DNA from: Deltaproteobacteria bacterium
GTDB taxonomy: Bacteria > SAR324 > NAC60-12
Length of the DNA stretch: 49,456 nucleotides
Direction of reading: 5' to 3'
Assembly (NCBI GenBank): GCA_002716165.1
Contig: PAZT01000029.1
Coordinates: 1 to 49,456 of the forward strand
Below are positions 9,344 through 19,496 of this stretch, piece after piece. The translations under genes were made by a program, and so were the position numbers. Under the pieces are notes generated by a model that was not told the origin of the DNA, did no database searches, and saw nothing but the letters and a program-made list of their open reading frames with translations. Positions within the stretch are counted from its first letter, which is position 1, and each line of letters starts with the position of its first letter.

Positions 9344-10480
9344 ATGAACCTTTATTTAATGCCTGTTAACACTACAATATTTGTTCTGTTATTTACACTA
9401 GGGAGTTTTTTTTTGTTTTCCTGTGGTATGCGTACGGCACCTGTTTTTATTCCAGAAAAAAAATCAAAACAAACAATTTCAGATTTAAAAGTACAGCAGC
9501 GAGATAATCGTGTCCGCCTATCTTGGAAAATAAATCATAAAGAAAGAATTAACAGGCTCAAGATGCTTGATAAAGAAATAGAAGCGGGAGATTTTTTTCT
9601 CATTCATCGGATAATAACCAAGGTTAATTGCAGGAATTGTGAGCCAAGGGAATTACCTGATTTAAAAGTATTGGTCAAAGGAGACTCACTAATTCAATAT
9701 AGGAATCAAGTATTTTTTTATCTGCAGTTTCCTGAAACAGGCTTAAAAATTCATTCCTTCCAGATTAGTCACTTAGGCCCTGATGGAGAAATATTCTCAA
9801 AGTCAAAATCTGTAAGTTTGAGAAGGAGTAATGTTTTTCCGAAACTCCCTTTACCAGAACTGAAAATTGTTCAAATAGAAGATCAGAGTCAAATTTTAAG
9901 ATTTCCTTTTGGAAAAGTTGTACAGCGTAAAAAAATTGAGGTTTTAGACGGTCTTAAAATTGATCAATTGAACGAAGAAGAAAAAAAAAAGAAATCTGAA
10001 GTAAAAAATATAAAAATAGAGCCTCTAGCAGAATTTAAATTATATACTTTAAGAATTTCATGGTCTCAAACTTTAAATCATAGTTTGAAGGTTTTTACTG
10101 GAAAGGGAGATTATTTTGATGAAAAGAAATTATACCGAAATCATCTTTATCGCACATTAAATAGTGAAAATTGGCCGGAAACACCTATTAATACTAAATC
10201 TGTTTCTGACAATTATTTTTTGGACAAACTAAAAATGCAAATTAATGATGTAAGTCCGCCTCTTTTAGCAGATACTCACCCTGATATCTTACCACCAAGA
10301 ATCTCATTTTATATTGATTTATCAGTCAAATATGTAGATACTTGGCATTATAATCTGCGGTTAGTTGACCGTTTTGGGAATGAAAGTGATGCATCAGAAA
10401 GTGTCAGCTTTTATTGGCCAAAATCGGCTTTTTTTGCGAAAAATTATGGGAAAAAAAATTTAGTCCCCCACACTGATTGA
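9344..10480 (+). CDS. lipoprotein, hypothetical (possible Ig/FN3-like beta-sandwich repeats)
   Basis: Signal peptide with lipobox LFSCG. No catalytic motif. Contains an A10 tract at 9981-9990. Confidence 0.55.
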   Translation: MNLYLMPVNTTIFVLLFTLGSFFLFSCGMRTAPVFIPEKKSKQTISDLKVQQRDNRVRLSWKINHKERINRLKMLDKEIEAGDFFLIHRIITKVNCRNCEPRELPDLKVLVKGDSLIQYRNQVFFYLQFPETGLKIHSFQISHLGPDGEIFSKSKSVSLRRSNVFPKLPLPELKIVQIEDQSQILRFPFGKVVQRKKIEVLDGLKIDQLNEEEKKKKSEVKNIKIEPLAEFKLYTLRISWSQTLNHSLKVFTGKGDYFDEKKLYRNHLYRTLNSENWPETPINTKSVSDNYFLDKLKMQINDVSPPLLADTHPDILPPRISFYIDLSVKYVDTWHYNLRLVDRFGNESDASESVSFYWPKSAFFAKNYGKKNLVPHTD

Positions 10481-10483
10481 TCC

Positions 10484-12388
10484 GTGAAAAATATTTATTT
10501 TTTCTTAATTTTAATTTTAATAATACCTATTGCTGGTTGTAATGAAAACGGCAGGAATGCGCAGGAAATATTGCTCACTAACGAAAATGTTTACAGTTAT
10601 ATTGATCAGCAAAAAGAGATTGTTGACTCTGAACAGAGTAATGCATCAGCACATTATAATTTAGCAAGGTCATTTTATTTCATTAAAGAGTACGATAAAT
10701 CAGAACATCATGCTCGTAAAGCTACACGATTTGATCCACTTAATGCAGCTTATTACGAGCTCCTTGGGAGCCTTGCTTTTGTACTTGAGCGCTATGGCGA
10801 CGCCATCACAGAGTTAGCTACTTCGGTCAGAATTTCTCCTGAACGTGTTTCAGTTTATTTGAAACTAGCTGCAACATACGAAAAAATAGATGATTATGGT
10901 AGAGCTGTTTCATCTCTGGTTCAAGCACTTCAAATAGATAGGTATTATGTTGAAGCTCTTTACCGTCTATCTAGCATATATTTACGACAGAGGGAGTTTG
11001 AAGGCTCATTGCGTACACTTGAAACTTTACTGAAACTGGAGCCATTAAATAAAGAAGCTATGTTTATGAGAATTCAGACTTATTCTCTGCAGGGGAGCTA
11101 CTACTATGCGCAAACCTTGGCTGAAGAAATGCTGAATCAATTTCCTGATTATGCTCCAGTAAGGAGAGAGCTAGTCAGGATTAAATTTGCTCAGCACCAA
11201 TGGCCTGAAGCGCAGGCCATGCTGACCGAGCTAAAAACTAAAAACAAACTTTCTGTTGAAGATCAGCTTATTGAGGCTTATTTACTAATTCATCTTAAAA
11301 AGGAAAATGAAGCACGCAAGCGCTTTGAATCCATTATTAAGAATATGCCCAAAAATGTGGATGCTATAATGGGTTTAGCTGTTCAATTACTTCGTAAGGG
11401 ATTTTTGGATGACTCACTCAGCTGGCTTAATAAAGGACTAGAAATAAATCCTCATCAGGCTAAAGCCCATTATCTACGTGCATCAATATTATTTCGACAG
11501 GGTGATTATTTGCAGGGAGATCTTGCTATCGCACGAGCATTGGAATTAGATCCTGCCAATCCTTCATTCCAGCTTTTATTTTTGCGCAGACAACTTATGC
11601 AGGGAGAGTTGGCAGTGGTTGAAAAACAATTAAAGAGAATTCAGGAAAAGCATCCACTGAATACTGAGGCTTTGCTGCTTCAAGCAGATTTGTATAAAAA
11701 CCGAGGCAACACAGATGAATCGGAGAAATTACTTAGACAAGCAATTTTGGTACAGGATTCACCTTCTATTCATTTTTCCTTGGCAAGGGTTCTATTTCAG
11801 CAAAGTAAGTATAGATCGGTTTTGGAGGTTACAACGCCTTTGATGGATGTATTATCAGGTAATTGGGAAGTTATCTATTTGCATGCCTTGACATTAAGTC
11901 GTATAGAAAAATACGAAGAGGCTCTGAAGATAAGTCAGCCATTTTTAAATAGAAAAGAGAGCCAGGGTTATGCCCATAGGCTGGTGGGAGATTTACTGCG
12001 TTACAAAGGAAAAGAGGATGAATCACAAAAAATTTATCGTGAGGGACTCGAACAGTTTCCAGGCCACCTGTTTCTGGTGGATGGATTAAGTTCATCATTA
12101 ATGATTACTGAAAATTGGGTACAGCTTGAGGAACTTTTAGAAACTATTTTGGAACAAAGTCAGAGACTTGAAGGTAATCCTCCAATTCAGCTTATTTTTT
12201 TGGACAGATTGGCAGTTACATATGAGCGTCTGCAGAAGAGAGAGAAAAAACTTCAAATTTTGAGGGAATATCATCAAAATAATGATCCTCTGACAGCTGC
12301 ACAATTGAATTCTTTGGAGGAGCAACTTTTGTTCCCTTTTTCATTGCCTTCTCTTGAAAAATCCCTGTCTCCATTATTAATACCTTAA
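10484..12388 (+). CDS. TPR-repeat lipoprotein
   Basis: GTG start. Signal peptide with lipobox IAGC. Many degenerate 34-aa TPR units (A.Y.LA..Y....Y..A......A...P). Confidence 0.75.
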   Translation: MKNIYFFLILILIIPIAGCNENGRNAQEILLTNENVYSYIDQQKEIVDSEQSNASAHYNLARSFYFIKEYDKSEHHARKATRFDPLNAAYYELLGSLAFVLERYGDAITELATSVRISPERVSVYLKLAATYEKIDDYGRAVSSLVQALQIDRYYVEALYRLSSIYLRQREFEGSLRTLETLLKLEPLNKEAMFMRIQTYSLQGSYYYAQTLAEEMLNQFPDYAPVRRELVRIKFAQHQWPEAQAMLTELKTKNKLSVEDQLIEAYLLIHLKKENEARKRFESIIKNMPKNVDAIMGLAVQLLRKGFLDDSLSWLNKGLEINPHQAKAHYLRASILFRQGDYLQGDLAIARALELDPANPSFQLLFLRRQLMQGELAVVEKQLKRIQEKHPLNTEALLLQADLYKNRGNTDESEKLLRQAILVQDSPSIHFSLARVLFQQSKYRSVLEVTTPLMDVLSGNWEVIYLHALTLSRIEKYEEALKISQPFLNRKESQGYAHRLVGDLLRYKGKEDESQKIYREGLEQFPGHLFLVDGLSSSLMITENWVQLEELLETILEQSQRLEGNPPIQLIFLDRLAVTYERLQKREKKLQILREYHQNNDPLTAAQLNSLEEQLLFPFSLPSLEKSLSPLLIP

Positions 12389-12421
12389 GTTATAAATTAA
12401 AAATACTAAAAAATTTTTCAA

Positions 12422-15400
12422 ATGGTTGTTAAAAATAAAAAAAATAGAAGACAAACATCTGCCTTTCATGCTGCTGAAGTAATGTCGCACGATCTATCCT
12501 TGCTTAGAGGTAAGAAATTTTCTAATTATTTTGATGATTCAGAGGTACAAGGGCTATTACCATCTCATGATGTAGAAAAAGAGGTACAGCAATTAAAGAG
12601 AATTGATGTTGATTCATATATTCAAAGAGTTGTAAATCCCTCTGAATCAAAAAATAGACCTAGTGCACCAGAAATAATAAAGCAGTTAGGGAGTAAAATA
12701 ATTTCTGAGGAAACAGATGGACCTTTATATACAGCCGAAATTGAAATTATTATTTCAGATCAAACCCGCAGGCTGGGATTTATTGCCCAGAACCACAAAA
12801 TACAAAACGGTGTGTGGTATCCAGTCCATCATCGTAAAGCTGCAGAGCAAATACGGTTTTTTGCATCTCATAGTATTCCTTTGGTTACATTCATGGACAC
12901 ACCTGGAGCAGCTGCAGATGCAGAAGCAAATTTAGAAAATCAATCTCATAGTATTTCATTTTTGATTAGCGAGATGGCAAACTTGCAGCTCCCTGTTATC
13001 GGAATTGTCTTCGGAGGTGGTTTTAGTGGTGGTGCAATTCCTCTAGCTACAGCAAATATACTTCTTTCTGTCAGGGAGGGAGTATTTAACACAATTCATC
13101 CAAAAGGATTAAGCAATATTGCTCGTAAATATGATCTTTCATGGCAGGAGTCTGCAAAACATATAGGAGTTTCCGCATATGAACTCCAACATCAAGGATA
13201 TTTTGATGGAATTATAGACTACTCATATGATCAGCCTCAAAAAGTAAAAAATATTAGAGATGCTATTGTAGGTTCTGTTGAAGCTACAGAAAAAAACTCT
13301 TGCAAATTTTTGCATGAAAATGATTTCTTTTTCGATCATTATCGAGACAGTATCTATCACTATCTAAATCCGTCAAATCTATTAATTGAAAGTAACCGTG
13401 TGACAGATCGTTCACCTACAGGGACATTGAATATTTTTGGTGATGTTTACCGTTTCATGCGGTACCTGAAATTACGTCAGCGAATCGTAAGCCGTTCTAT
13501 TGATAGCTACTCGCGACTTAGTGCTCGTAAAACTCCAGTTGGGAAGTTACAGGAACGTTTAAAAACAGAAAGACAGGAAAAGTTTAAACAATGGTATAAG
13601 TCTCCATTGGAGGTTCGCTATCAGGAAAAACTTAATAAGCGGTATGAGCAATTTATAAGCTCAAGGGAGGATAGGGAAAAAGAACGAGGTAAATTTGTTG
13701 CTTTTTTTATTGGAGATCCCCGAGAGAATTATCAGAAATCCATAGATGATCTGACATTAGAAATTTTATTACATCTATATAATTATTGGATGGATAGTAC
13801 TTCGGAAAACCTTAAAGAATTAAATAAACAGCTTAGCAAATCAACTCTCCATGATCATCCACCTCATAATCCTGATTTGTTAGACTTACTGAGAACTACT
13901 GAAATATACCAAAGTTTTCAGATTAATTACCAAAATATACTTCTTTTCGATTTGCTTTACAATCAGGTAATTGAAGCGCTTCCAACTATAGCCAATGAGC
14001 TGAAAGGAACAAATCAAATTTCACAAAAATCTGTAGAACATCTTTTTGAAAAAACTGTTGAAGGTGCAATAAAAGAATTTGAAAAGAACTCTGTACAACA
14101 TGAAAGCAAAAACGTGAAATCACAGTTTTTCAAATGGCTCGCAAGTTTTATAGAGCGCAAGGACTGTGATGTTGTTTTGGGTACCATTAGCGAATGGAAA
14201 AAGGTCGTTTTTCCCAGAATGAGTCCACCACTTTTTGGGGTAGTAAGATATTATTTTTCCGGATTGCTCCCATCATTGTACGCAGCGCAACAGAAGAAGG
14301 GTCGTTTTCAGGGGAAAATAACACCACGCAACATAGGTATAAAAGATTTTTGGAACCGCTTGGATCAATCATATAAAGATCTTTTGATCCAGAATCTTTT
14401 GAGGGAATACAAACGCAACGTTATTACTCCTAAAAAAATTATAGATCATTTTTTCAAAGATTTTAAAGAGCTATATTCTGATAGGATAACTTCAAATCCT
14501 GTCAAGTTCCCAGGCTTCAGGGGGGCTATTGAAGATGCCTTACAAAATGGGGTTGTACCATGTGGAGTGATAACTGGATTGGGTACTTTTGCTGGGGAAG
14601 ATAATTCGGATTCTTCTAAAAATAAAGCTCCAAAATCAAAAAAAGTAAAAAGAGACTACCGAGTAGGACTAGTTATAAGTAACGTAGAGTTTCAAGCTGG
14701 TTCTTTCGATATGGCTAGCTGTGAAAAAGTTTGCAGACTGCTTGATGACTGTGCACGATTGAAATTGCCTGTTATATTTTTTATTTCTTCAGCAGGAATG
14801 CAAACCAAAGAAGGAGGGGGATCATTATTTTCCATGGCAGTTATAAATGAGCGCATTACGCGCTTTGTTAAAGATTTAGATCTTCCAGTAGTATGTTTTG
14901 GATTTCGTGACTGTACTGGAGGTGCTCAAGCAAGTTTTGTAACTCATCTGCTTGCCAAAACTTACTATTTTTCTGGTGCGCAAATACCCTTTGCTGGTCA
15001 GCTTGTAGTAGAAAGTCATCTGCCTGCGCATTCTACATTATCAAATTATTTGTCTAATAATCCAGGAACAATGGATGCACTAGTGAAAAATCCTTTTGAT
15101 AAGGGGATTGATAAAAAGCTGCATGAAATTGATCCTCAAATACCTGTTGCTCAATTTTCAGTAGAGGAGGTAATTTCTCGAGTTTTGTCCGGAGAGTACC
15201 AGATATCTGTTGAAGAAGAAGTTAAAGCATATTCTACGCAGGAAAATTTACATATAGGGGATATTAAACGTATTTTGATTCATGCTCGAGGATGTACTGC
15301 CACTAGGTTGATTCAAGGTTCACAAGTCGCTGGAATGGAAGTTGTGCTCGTGGCCTCTGATCCAGATATGGAAAGTTATCCAGCTACTTTACTCAATGAA

Positions 15401-17005
15401 AAAGATAACTTAGTATGCATTGGGGGTGAAACTCCACAAGACAGCTATTTAAATGGAATGAGCGTCATCAGAATTGCAGAGCAAGAGGAAGTCGACGCAA
15501 TTCATCCTGGAATTGGTTTTTTATCTGAGTCTCCTCATTATGCACGAATATGTCGTGAACATGGTTTTAATTTTGTAGGACCGCGTGCTGTAAATATGGA
15601 TAGAATGGGAAATAAGTCAAATGCTATCGCGACAGCAAAAAATTTAAACATACCTGTTGTTCCAGGCAGTGATGGGGCTTTGATGGATCCATCACATGCG
15701 ATGATAGTAGCTTCAGAAATTGGGTTCCCAGTTTTAATTAAAGCTGCACATGGAGGAGGGGGGAAAGGTATTGAGGTAGTTAAAGATCCAGACAAATTTC
15801 AATCTACTTTCACTCGAATGTCTCAGGAGGCTTTAAGTGCATTTGGTAACGGCGATTTGTATCTGGAAAAATACATTGGCTCAATGCGCCACTTGGAGGT
15901 TCAGATTATAAGGGATATGCATGGTAATTCAAAATTGTTTGGCATTCGTGATTGTTCAATTCAGCGGAACTATCAAAAACTTATTGAAGAAACAGCATCT
16001 GGAATTCCGAATAAAATTAGGGAGCAGGTATACCGTTTTTCAGAAAAATTAATTGCGGAAATTGATTACATTGGTGCAGGAACAGTAGAGTTTATTTATG
16101 ATTTGATAGAGAAGAAAGTATATTTTATGGAAATGAATACACGTCTTCAAGTTGAACATCCTGTCTCTGAGATGGTATCTGGAGTGGATTTGGTAAGTCA
16201 ACAATTTGAGGTTGCACAAGGTAGAAATATAAAAAATTTGGATTTTAAACTAAATGGACATGCTATAGAATTAAGAGTGATTGCTGAGAAAGTTGATCTA
16301 AATGATAATGGTGAATTATTATTTGTTCCAGATCCCGGTCATGTAACAGAAGTTTACTTTCCAGAAAAATCAAATGTGAGGGTTATTCAAACGATTTCTT
16401 CTGGATCAGTGGTATCCCCATTTTATGACAGCCTTGTTGCTCAAATAGTATGTTGGGGTAGATCACGAAGTGATGCCATCAATCGTTTAGTTGATTATTT
16501 AAAACGGGTTAGAATCCATGGAGTTTCAACAAACCTTGCTCTTAATCGTGCAATTTTGAAGGATGATATTTTTAAGAAGGGAAGTTTCAGTACTGGATTC
16601 CTTGCTGATTTCTTTAAGCGAATCAACTCTAAGAAACTCTTAAGTGAATCTCTTAGGGATTCCGGATCTTTAAATAAATCTGTAGATACTGAATCCATCA
16701 AACTTGAAGGATCAGATGAGCTAAAAGTACTTTCTCCTCAAATGGGAGGCTTCTATCGTGCTCCATCACAAGATGATGAACCGTTTGTAAGTGAAGGACA
16801 GGTCATTGATGTAAACGAAACACTTTGCCTAATTGAATCTATGAAAGTATTTACGGAATTAAAACTTGCAGACTATAAAAGTTCTGACGGCAATACTCTG
16901 TTTTCAGATGATGTAAAATATAAAGTCAAAAAAGTTATTGCAGAGGACAAAAACACTGTCAATCAAGGTGATTTGCTATTTGTTATGTTGCCTATTGTTG
17001 TCTAA
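12422..17005 (+). CDS. single-chain multidomain biotin-dependent acyl-CoA carboxylase (AccA-like, unknown insert, AccD-like, biotin carboxylase, BCCP)
   Basis: AccA-like: FMDTPGAAADAEAN...GGGFSGGA. AccD-like: GVITGLGTF...FISSAGMQTKEGGGSLFSMA...CTGGAQASF. ATP-grasp biotin carboxylase: GFPVLIKAAHGGGGKGI and EMNTRLQVEHPVSE. Biotinyl domain: CLIESMKVFTEL, with the Lys codon at 16844-16846. Confidence 0.9.
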   Translation: MVVKNKKNRRQTSAFHAAEVMSHDLSLLRGKKFSNYFDDSEVQGLLPSHDVEKEVQQLKRIDVDSYIQRVVNPSESKNRPSAPEIIKQLGSKIISEETDGPLYTAEIEIIISDQTRRLGFIAQNHKIQNGVWYPVHHRKAAEQIRFFASHSIPLVTFMDTPGAAADAEANLENQSHSISFLISEMANLQLPVIGIVFGGGFSGGAIPLATANILLSVREGVFNTIHPKGLSNIARKYDLSWQESAKHIGVSAYELQHQGYFDGIIDYSYDQPQKVKNIRDAIVGSVEATEKNSCKFLHENDFFFDHYRDSIYHYLNPSNLLIESNRVTDRSPTGTLNIFGDVYRFMRYLKLRQRIVSRSIDSYSRLSARKTPVGKLQERLKTERQEKFKQWYKSPLEVRYQEKLNKRYEQFISSREDREKERGKFVAFFIGDPRENYQKSIDDLTLEILLHLYNYWMDSTSENLKELNKQLSKSTLHDHPPHNPDLLDLLRTTEIYQSFQINYQNILLFDLLYNQVIEALPTIANELKGTNQISQKSVEHLFEKTVEGAIKEFEKNSVQHESKNVKSQFFKWLASFIERKDCDVVLGTISEWKKVVFPRMSPPLFGVVRYYFSGLLPSLYAAQQKKGRFQGKITPRNIGIKDFWNRLDQSYKDLLIQNLLREYKRNVITPKKIIDHFFKDFKELYSDRITSNPVKFPGFRGAIEDALQNGVVPCGVITGLGTFAGEDNSDSSKNKAPKSKKVKRDYRVGLVISNVEFQAGSFDMASCEKVCRLLDDCARLKLPVIFFISSAGMQTKEGGGSLFSMAVINERITRFVKDLDLPVVCFGFRDCTGGAQASFVTHLLAKTYYFSGAQIPFAGQLVVESHLPAHSTLSNYLSNNPGTMDALVKNPFDKGIDKKLHEIDPQIPVAQFSVEEVISRVLSGEYQISVEEEVKAYSTQENLHIGDIKRILIHARGCTATRLIQGSQVAGMEVVLVASDPDMESYPATLLNEKDNLVCIGGETPQDSYLNGMSVIRIAEQEEVDAIHPGIGFLSESPHYARICREHGFNFVGPRAVNMDRMGNKSNAIATAKNLNIPVVPGSDGALMDPSHAMIVASEIGFPVLIKAAHGGGGKGIEVVKDPDKFQSTFTRMSQEALSAFGNGDLYLEKYIGSMRHLEVQIIRDMHGNSKLFGIRDCSIQRNYQKLIEETASGIPNKIREQVYRFSEKLIAEIDYIGAGTVEFIYDLIEKKVYFMEMNTRLQVEHPVSEMVSGVDLVSQQFEVAQGRNIKNLDFKLNGHAIELRVIAEKVDLNDNGELLFVPDPGHVTEVYFPEKSNVRVIQTISSGSVVSPFYDSLVAQIVCWGRSRSDAINRLVDYLKRVRIHGVSTNLALNRAILKDDIFKKGSFSTGFLADFFKRINSKKLLSESLRDSGSLNKSVDTESIKLEGSDELKVLSPQMGGFYRAPSQDDEPFVSEGQVIDVNETLCLIESMKVFTELKLADYKSSDGNTLFSDDVKYKVKKVIAEDKNTVNQGDLLFVMLPIVV

Positions 17006-17021
17006 TTATCAGCAAATTATC

Positions 17022-18035
17022 ATGAGTCAGCTATTAGAAACTAATGCAAATAATCCTCCACTACCTAATGTTGGATTAGAAAAAATTCTTCATCCTGTCT
17101 CTTTAGAAATAGAGATTCTCGAGTCTCAGATAATCAGTGATATAAAAACTGATATTCCATTACTAAATAATGTTAATGAATATATTATTAGTTCTGGCGG
17201 CAAGCGTCTGCGTCCAACATTGGTTCTTTTAGGTGCTGAAATGTTTGAGGGGATTAATGAACAGGTAATTCAGGCTGCAAAGGTAATTGAATACTTACAT
17301 ACCGCAACACTTCTTCACGATGATGTAGTTGATGGGGCTGAAACTAGAAGATCGAAACAGGCAGCTTACAGAATTTGGGGAAATGAAGCAAGTGTTCTTT
17401 CTGGAGATTATCTTTTTGCAATGGCTTTTTACCTGCTTACCAAAATGCGAAACAAAGAAGTTTTGAGTTTGATGTCGGAAACAACTACGAGGATGGCACG
17501 TGGAGAATTATCACAGCTAACTAGTTCTTTTGGTGAAAGTGATGAAGAATATTTTGAAATAATCATAAACAAAACCGCATGTCTTTTCGCTGCTGCAATC
17601 AAAACAGGGGCATTATTGGGGGGTGGTTCATTAGATTCTGCAGGATCGCTTTATGAATATGGTATGTCTTTAGGTATTGCTTTCCAGATTGTAGATGATG
17701 CTCTAGACTATACTGATGAGCATAAAACTGGGAAACCAGTTGGAGGAGATTTGCAGGAACGAAAAATTACCTTACCTTTGAGGCATTTGTTAGAAACAGC
17801 TAATATCTCAGACAGGAGAAGACTGGACAATATTTTATCTAATCAAAAGATTGAAAAGCCTCAAATTGAGGAAGTAGTTAATATGATGAAAAATTATAAC
17901 TCCATCCAGCATACTCTGGAGTGCTCAAAAAACTATTCTCTTGAGGCTCAACGTAGCTTAAAAAAATTCCCAAGATCAAGTATGCGTCAAACTCTTTTTG
18001 AAATTGCTGATTTTGTTGTCTCAAGGCAAATATAA
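17022..18035 (+). CDS. ispB: all-trans polyprenyl (octaprenyl-type) diphosphate synthase
   Basis: First DDxxD motif LLHDDVVD and second motif FQIVDDALDY. GKRLRP motif. ATG at 17022 chosen because the track start at 16938 overlaps the carboxylase gene. Confidence 0.88.
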   Translation: MSQLLETNANNPPLPNVGLEKILHPVSLEIEILESQIISDIKTDIPLLNNVNEYIISSGGKRLRPTLVLLGAEMFEGINEQVIQAAKVIEYLHTATLLHDDVVDGAETRRSKQAAYRIWGNEASVLSGDYLFAMAFYLLTKMRNKEVLSLMSETTTRMARGELSQLTSSFGESDEEYFEIIINKTACLFAAAIKTGALLGGGSLDSAGSLYEYGMSLGIAFQIVDDALDYTDEHKTGKPVGGDLQERKITLPLRHLLETANISDRRRLDNILSNQKIEKPQIEEVVNMMKNYNSIQHTLECSKNYSLEAQRSLKKFPRSSMRQTLFEIADFVVSRQI

Positions 18036-18055
18036 ATTAGTTGGGAAATTATGCC

Positions 18056-18490
18056 CTATTTTTCCTCTTTTAAAACTGAGTGACGACTGTATAAGTCCCG
18101 CCACCGAATAGCCCGGCGAGAAGCCTCTCCAAGAGACACTAAAATATCCTGAATTTTAAGTGGTTTTTCAAAGAAATCATATGCACCTTCTTGCATACAT
18201 TGTATTACTCTAGGCAGGGTACTGTGCGATGTCATTACAAAAATCTGCATCAGGGAGTTCATTTTTTTTATTTCTACTAACAATTCTAATCCACTCATTT
18301 CGCCCATCATAATATCAGTTATCACAACGTGAAAAAAACTTCGCTGTAATGTATTAAGAGCCTCCTCAGCGCTTTTAGCAGTGTTTACGTGAAATCCTTC
18401 TTTCTCTAGTGATTGTCGGAGAACCAAAAGTATGTTTTCATCGTCATCAACAATCAAAATGCTTAATTTAGGTTCAGTTGCGTTTACCAT
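18056..18490 (-). CDS. single-domain response regulator (CheY-like receiver)
   Basis: ILIVDDDENI acidic pocket, phospho-acceptor context VITDIMMGEMSG, T/S (FVMTSH) and K (FFEKP) positions. No output domain. Confidence 0.85.
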   Translation of the reverse strand: MVNATEPKLSILIVDDDENILLVLRQSLEKEGFHVNTAKSAEEALNTLQRSFFHVVITDIMMGEMSGLELLVEIKKMNSLMQIFVMTSHSTLPRVIQCMQEGAYDFFEKPLKIQDILVSLGEASRRAIRWRDLYSRHSVLKEEK

Positions 18491-18511
18491 AGTGAGTTTA
18501 TCAGGTTAATA

Positions 18512-19354
18512 TTAGTTTACTACTTCTGTCAAAGATCTTAAAAATTCTATACGGTTGCGAGCTTTCATGGCAGCATTACCAATTAAAGCCGCGTCACAAG
18601 GAATATTCAAAATGCATTTAACATCTTCAGGAGAGTTAATACAACTGGCGCTGATCAAAAGTTTCCCTGGCTGTTTCTTCCATGATCTTAACTCAGAATA
18701 GCGTTCCCACCATTCTAAAATTACATTAATGCTACCTTTTTCGTAATTCTCATTAGGTTCTTCTGGAATTGATGCGATAGGTCTGTTATTTATCATCAAA
18801 ATATCTGGGTTAACACCAAGTACTTTTGGAAGTTCATTCTCAACAGAACATTCAACTACGGCATTAAGGCCAATATCTTCAGCTTCTGTTACAATTTTTG
18901 ATAATTCTGTTTGATTAAAATAATATGCTAAAATTAAAGCTGCACTTGCTCCACGTAACCGGCCTTCCAATAGTTGATAAGAATTAATTATGAACTCTTT
19001 ATGCAATAAGGGCAATTTTGTAACTTTTGAAACATTTTCAAGATTACTCAGGGAACCACCAAACCATGTTTGATCGGTTAAAACAGAAATTGCTTTTGCA
19101 CCTCCGTGTTCAAATTCTTTGATTAGAGTTTCAATTTCAAGTTTATTTACATTTATGCGTCCTGGTGCTCTGGCCTTTACTTCCACTATGAGTGAAATTG
19201 GCTCTCCTTGATTGCGGATTAGTCTTTTGCGAAAATCGGGAGCTTTTTCAAGATTATTAACTTCAGAGAGCAAATGATCTTTTTTTATTGTTTTTTGGCG
19301 ATTTAAAACCTCTTCTTGTTTTAATTCACGAAGTTTATCTAAAAAAGTTCTCAC
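18512..19354 (-). CDS. trpC: indole-3-glycerol-phosphate synthase-like (divergent TrpC)
   Basis: VEVKARAP (E.K), GAKAISVLTD..WFGGS, LLHKEFIINSYQL..GR..GA.A.LL, VECS and INNR motifs. Has an extra segment after INNR, and ASCI where ESGI is usual. Confidence 0.72.
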   Translation of the reverse strand: MRTFLDKLRELKQEEVLNRQKTIKKDHLLSEVNNLEKAPDFRKRLIRNQGEPISLIVEVKARAPGRINVNKLEIETLIKEFEHGGAKAISVLTDQTWFGGSLSNLENVSKVTKLPLLHKEFIINSYQLLEGRLRGASAALILAYYFNQTELSKIVTEAEDIGLNAVVECSVENELPKVLGVNPDILMINNRPIASIPEEPNENYEKGSINVILEWWERYSELRSWKKQPGKLLISASCINSPEDVKCILNIPCDAALIGNAAMKARNRIEFLRSLTEVVN

Positions 19355-19468
19355 AGGAATTCAATCAAATTAATCTTTTTAAAGTATCTTTTTCAGTGAG
19401 TGAGAAAAAAAATCACTCTTTTTAAACAACCAGCATGCCTTTGAACAACTTCCGATTCAAGCAAAATT

Positions 19469-19496
19469 TTGTCAATTCTTAAATTATTGTTATAAT
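19469..19496 (+). promoter_or_regulatory. near-consensus sigma70-type promoter (TTGTCA, 16 nt spacer, TATAAT) pointing at the two mini-genes
   Basis: Hexamers read directly at 19469-19474 and 19491-19496. Would give a leader of about 170 nt before the ATG at 19674. Confidence 0.35.

Noticed and set aside
16938-17021. N-terminal extension of ispB (MQRTKTLSIKVICYLLCC...) overlapping the end of the carboxylase gene.
   Set aside because: The canonical IspB N-terminus begins at the ATG at 17022, just after the carboxylase stop. The extension is hydrophobic read-through of the other gene's frame.
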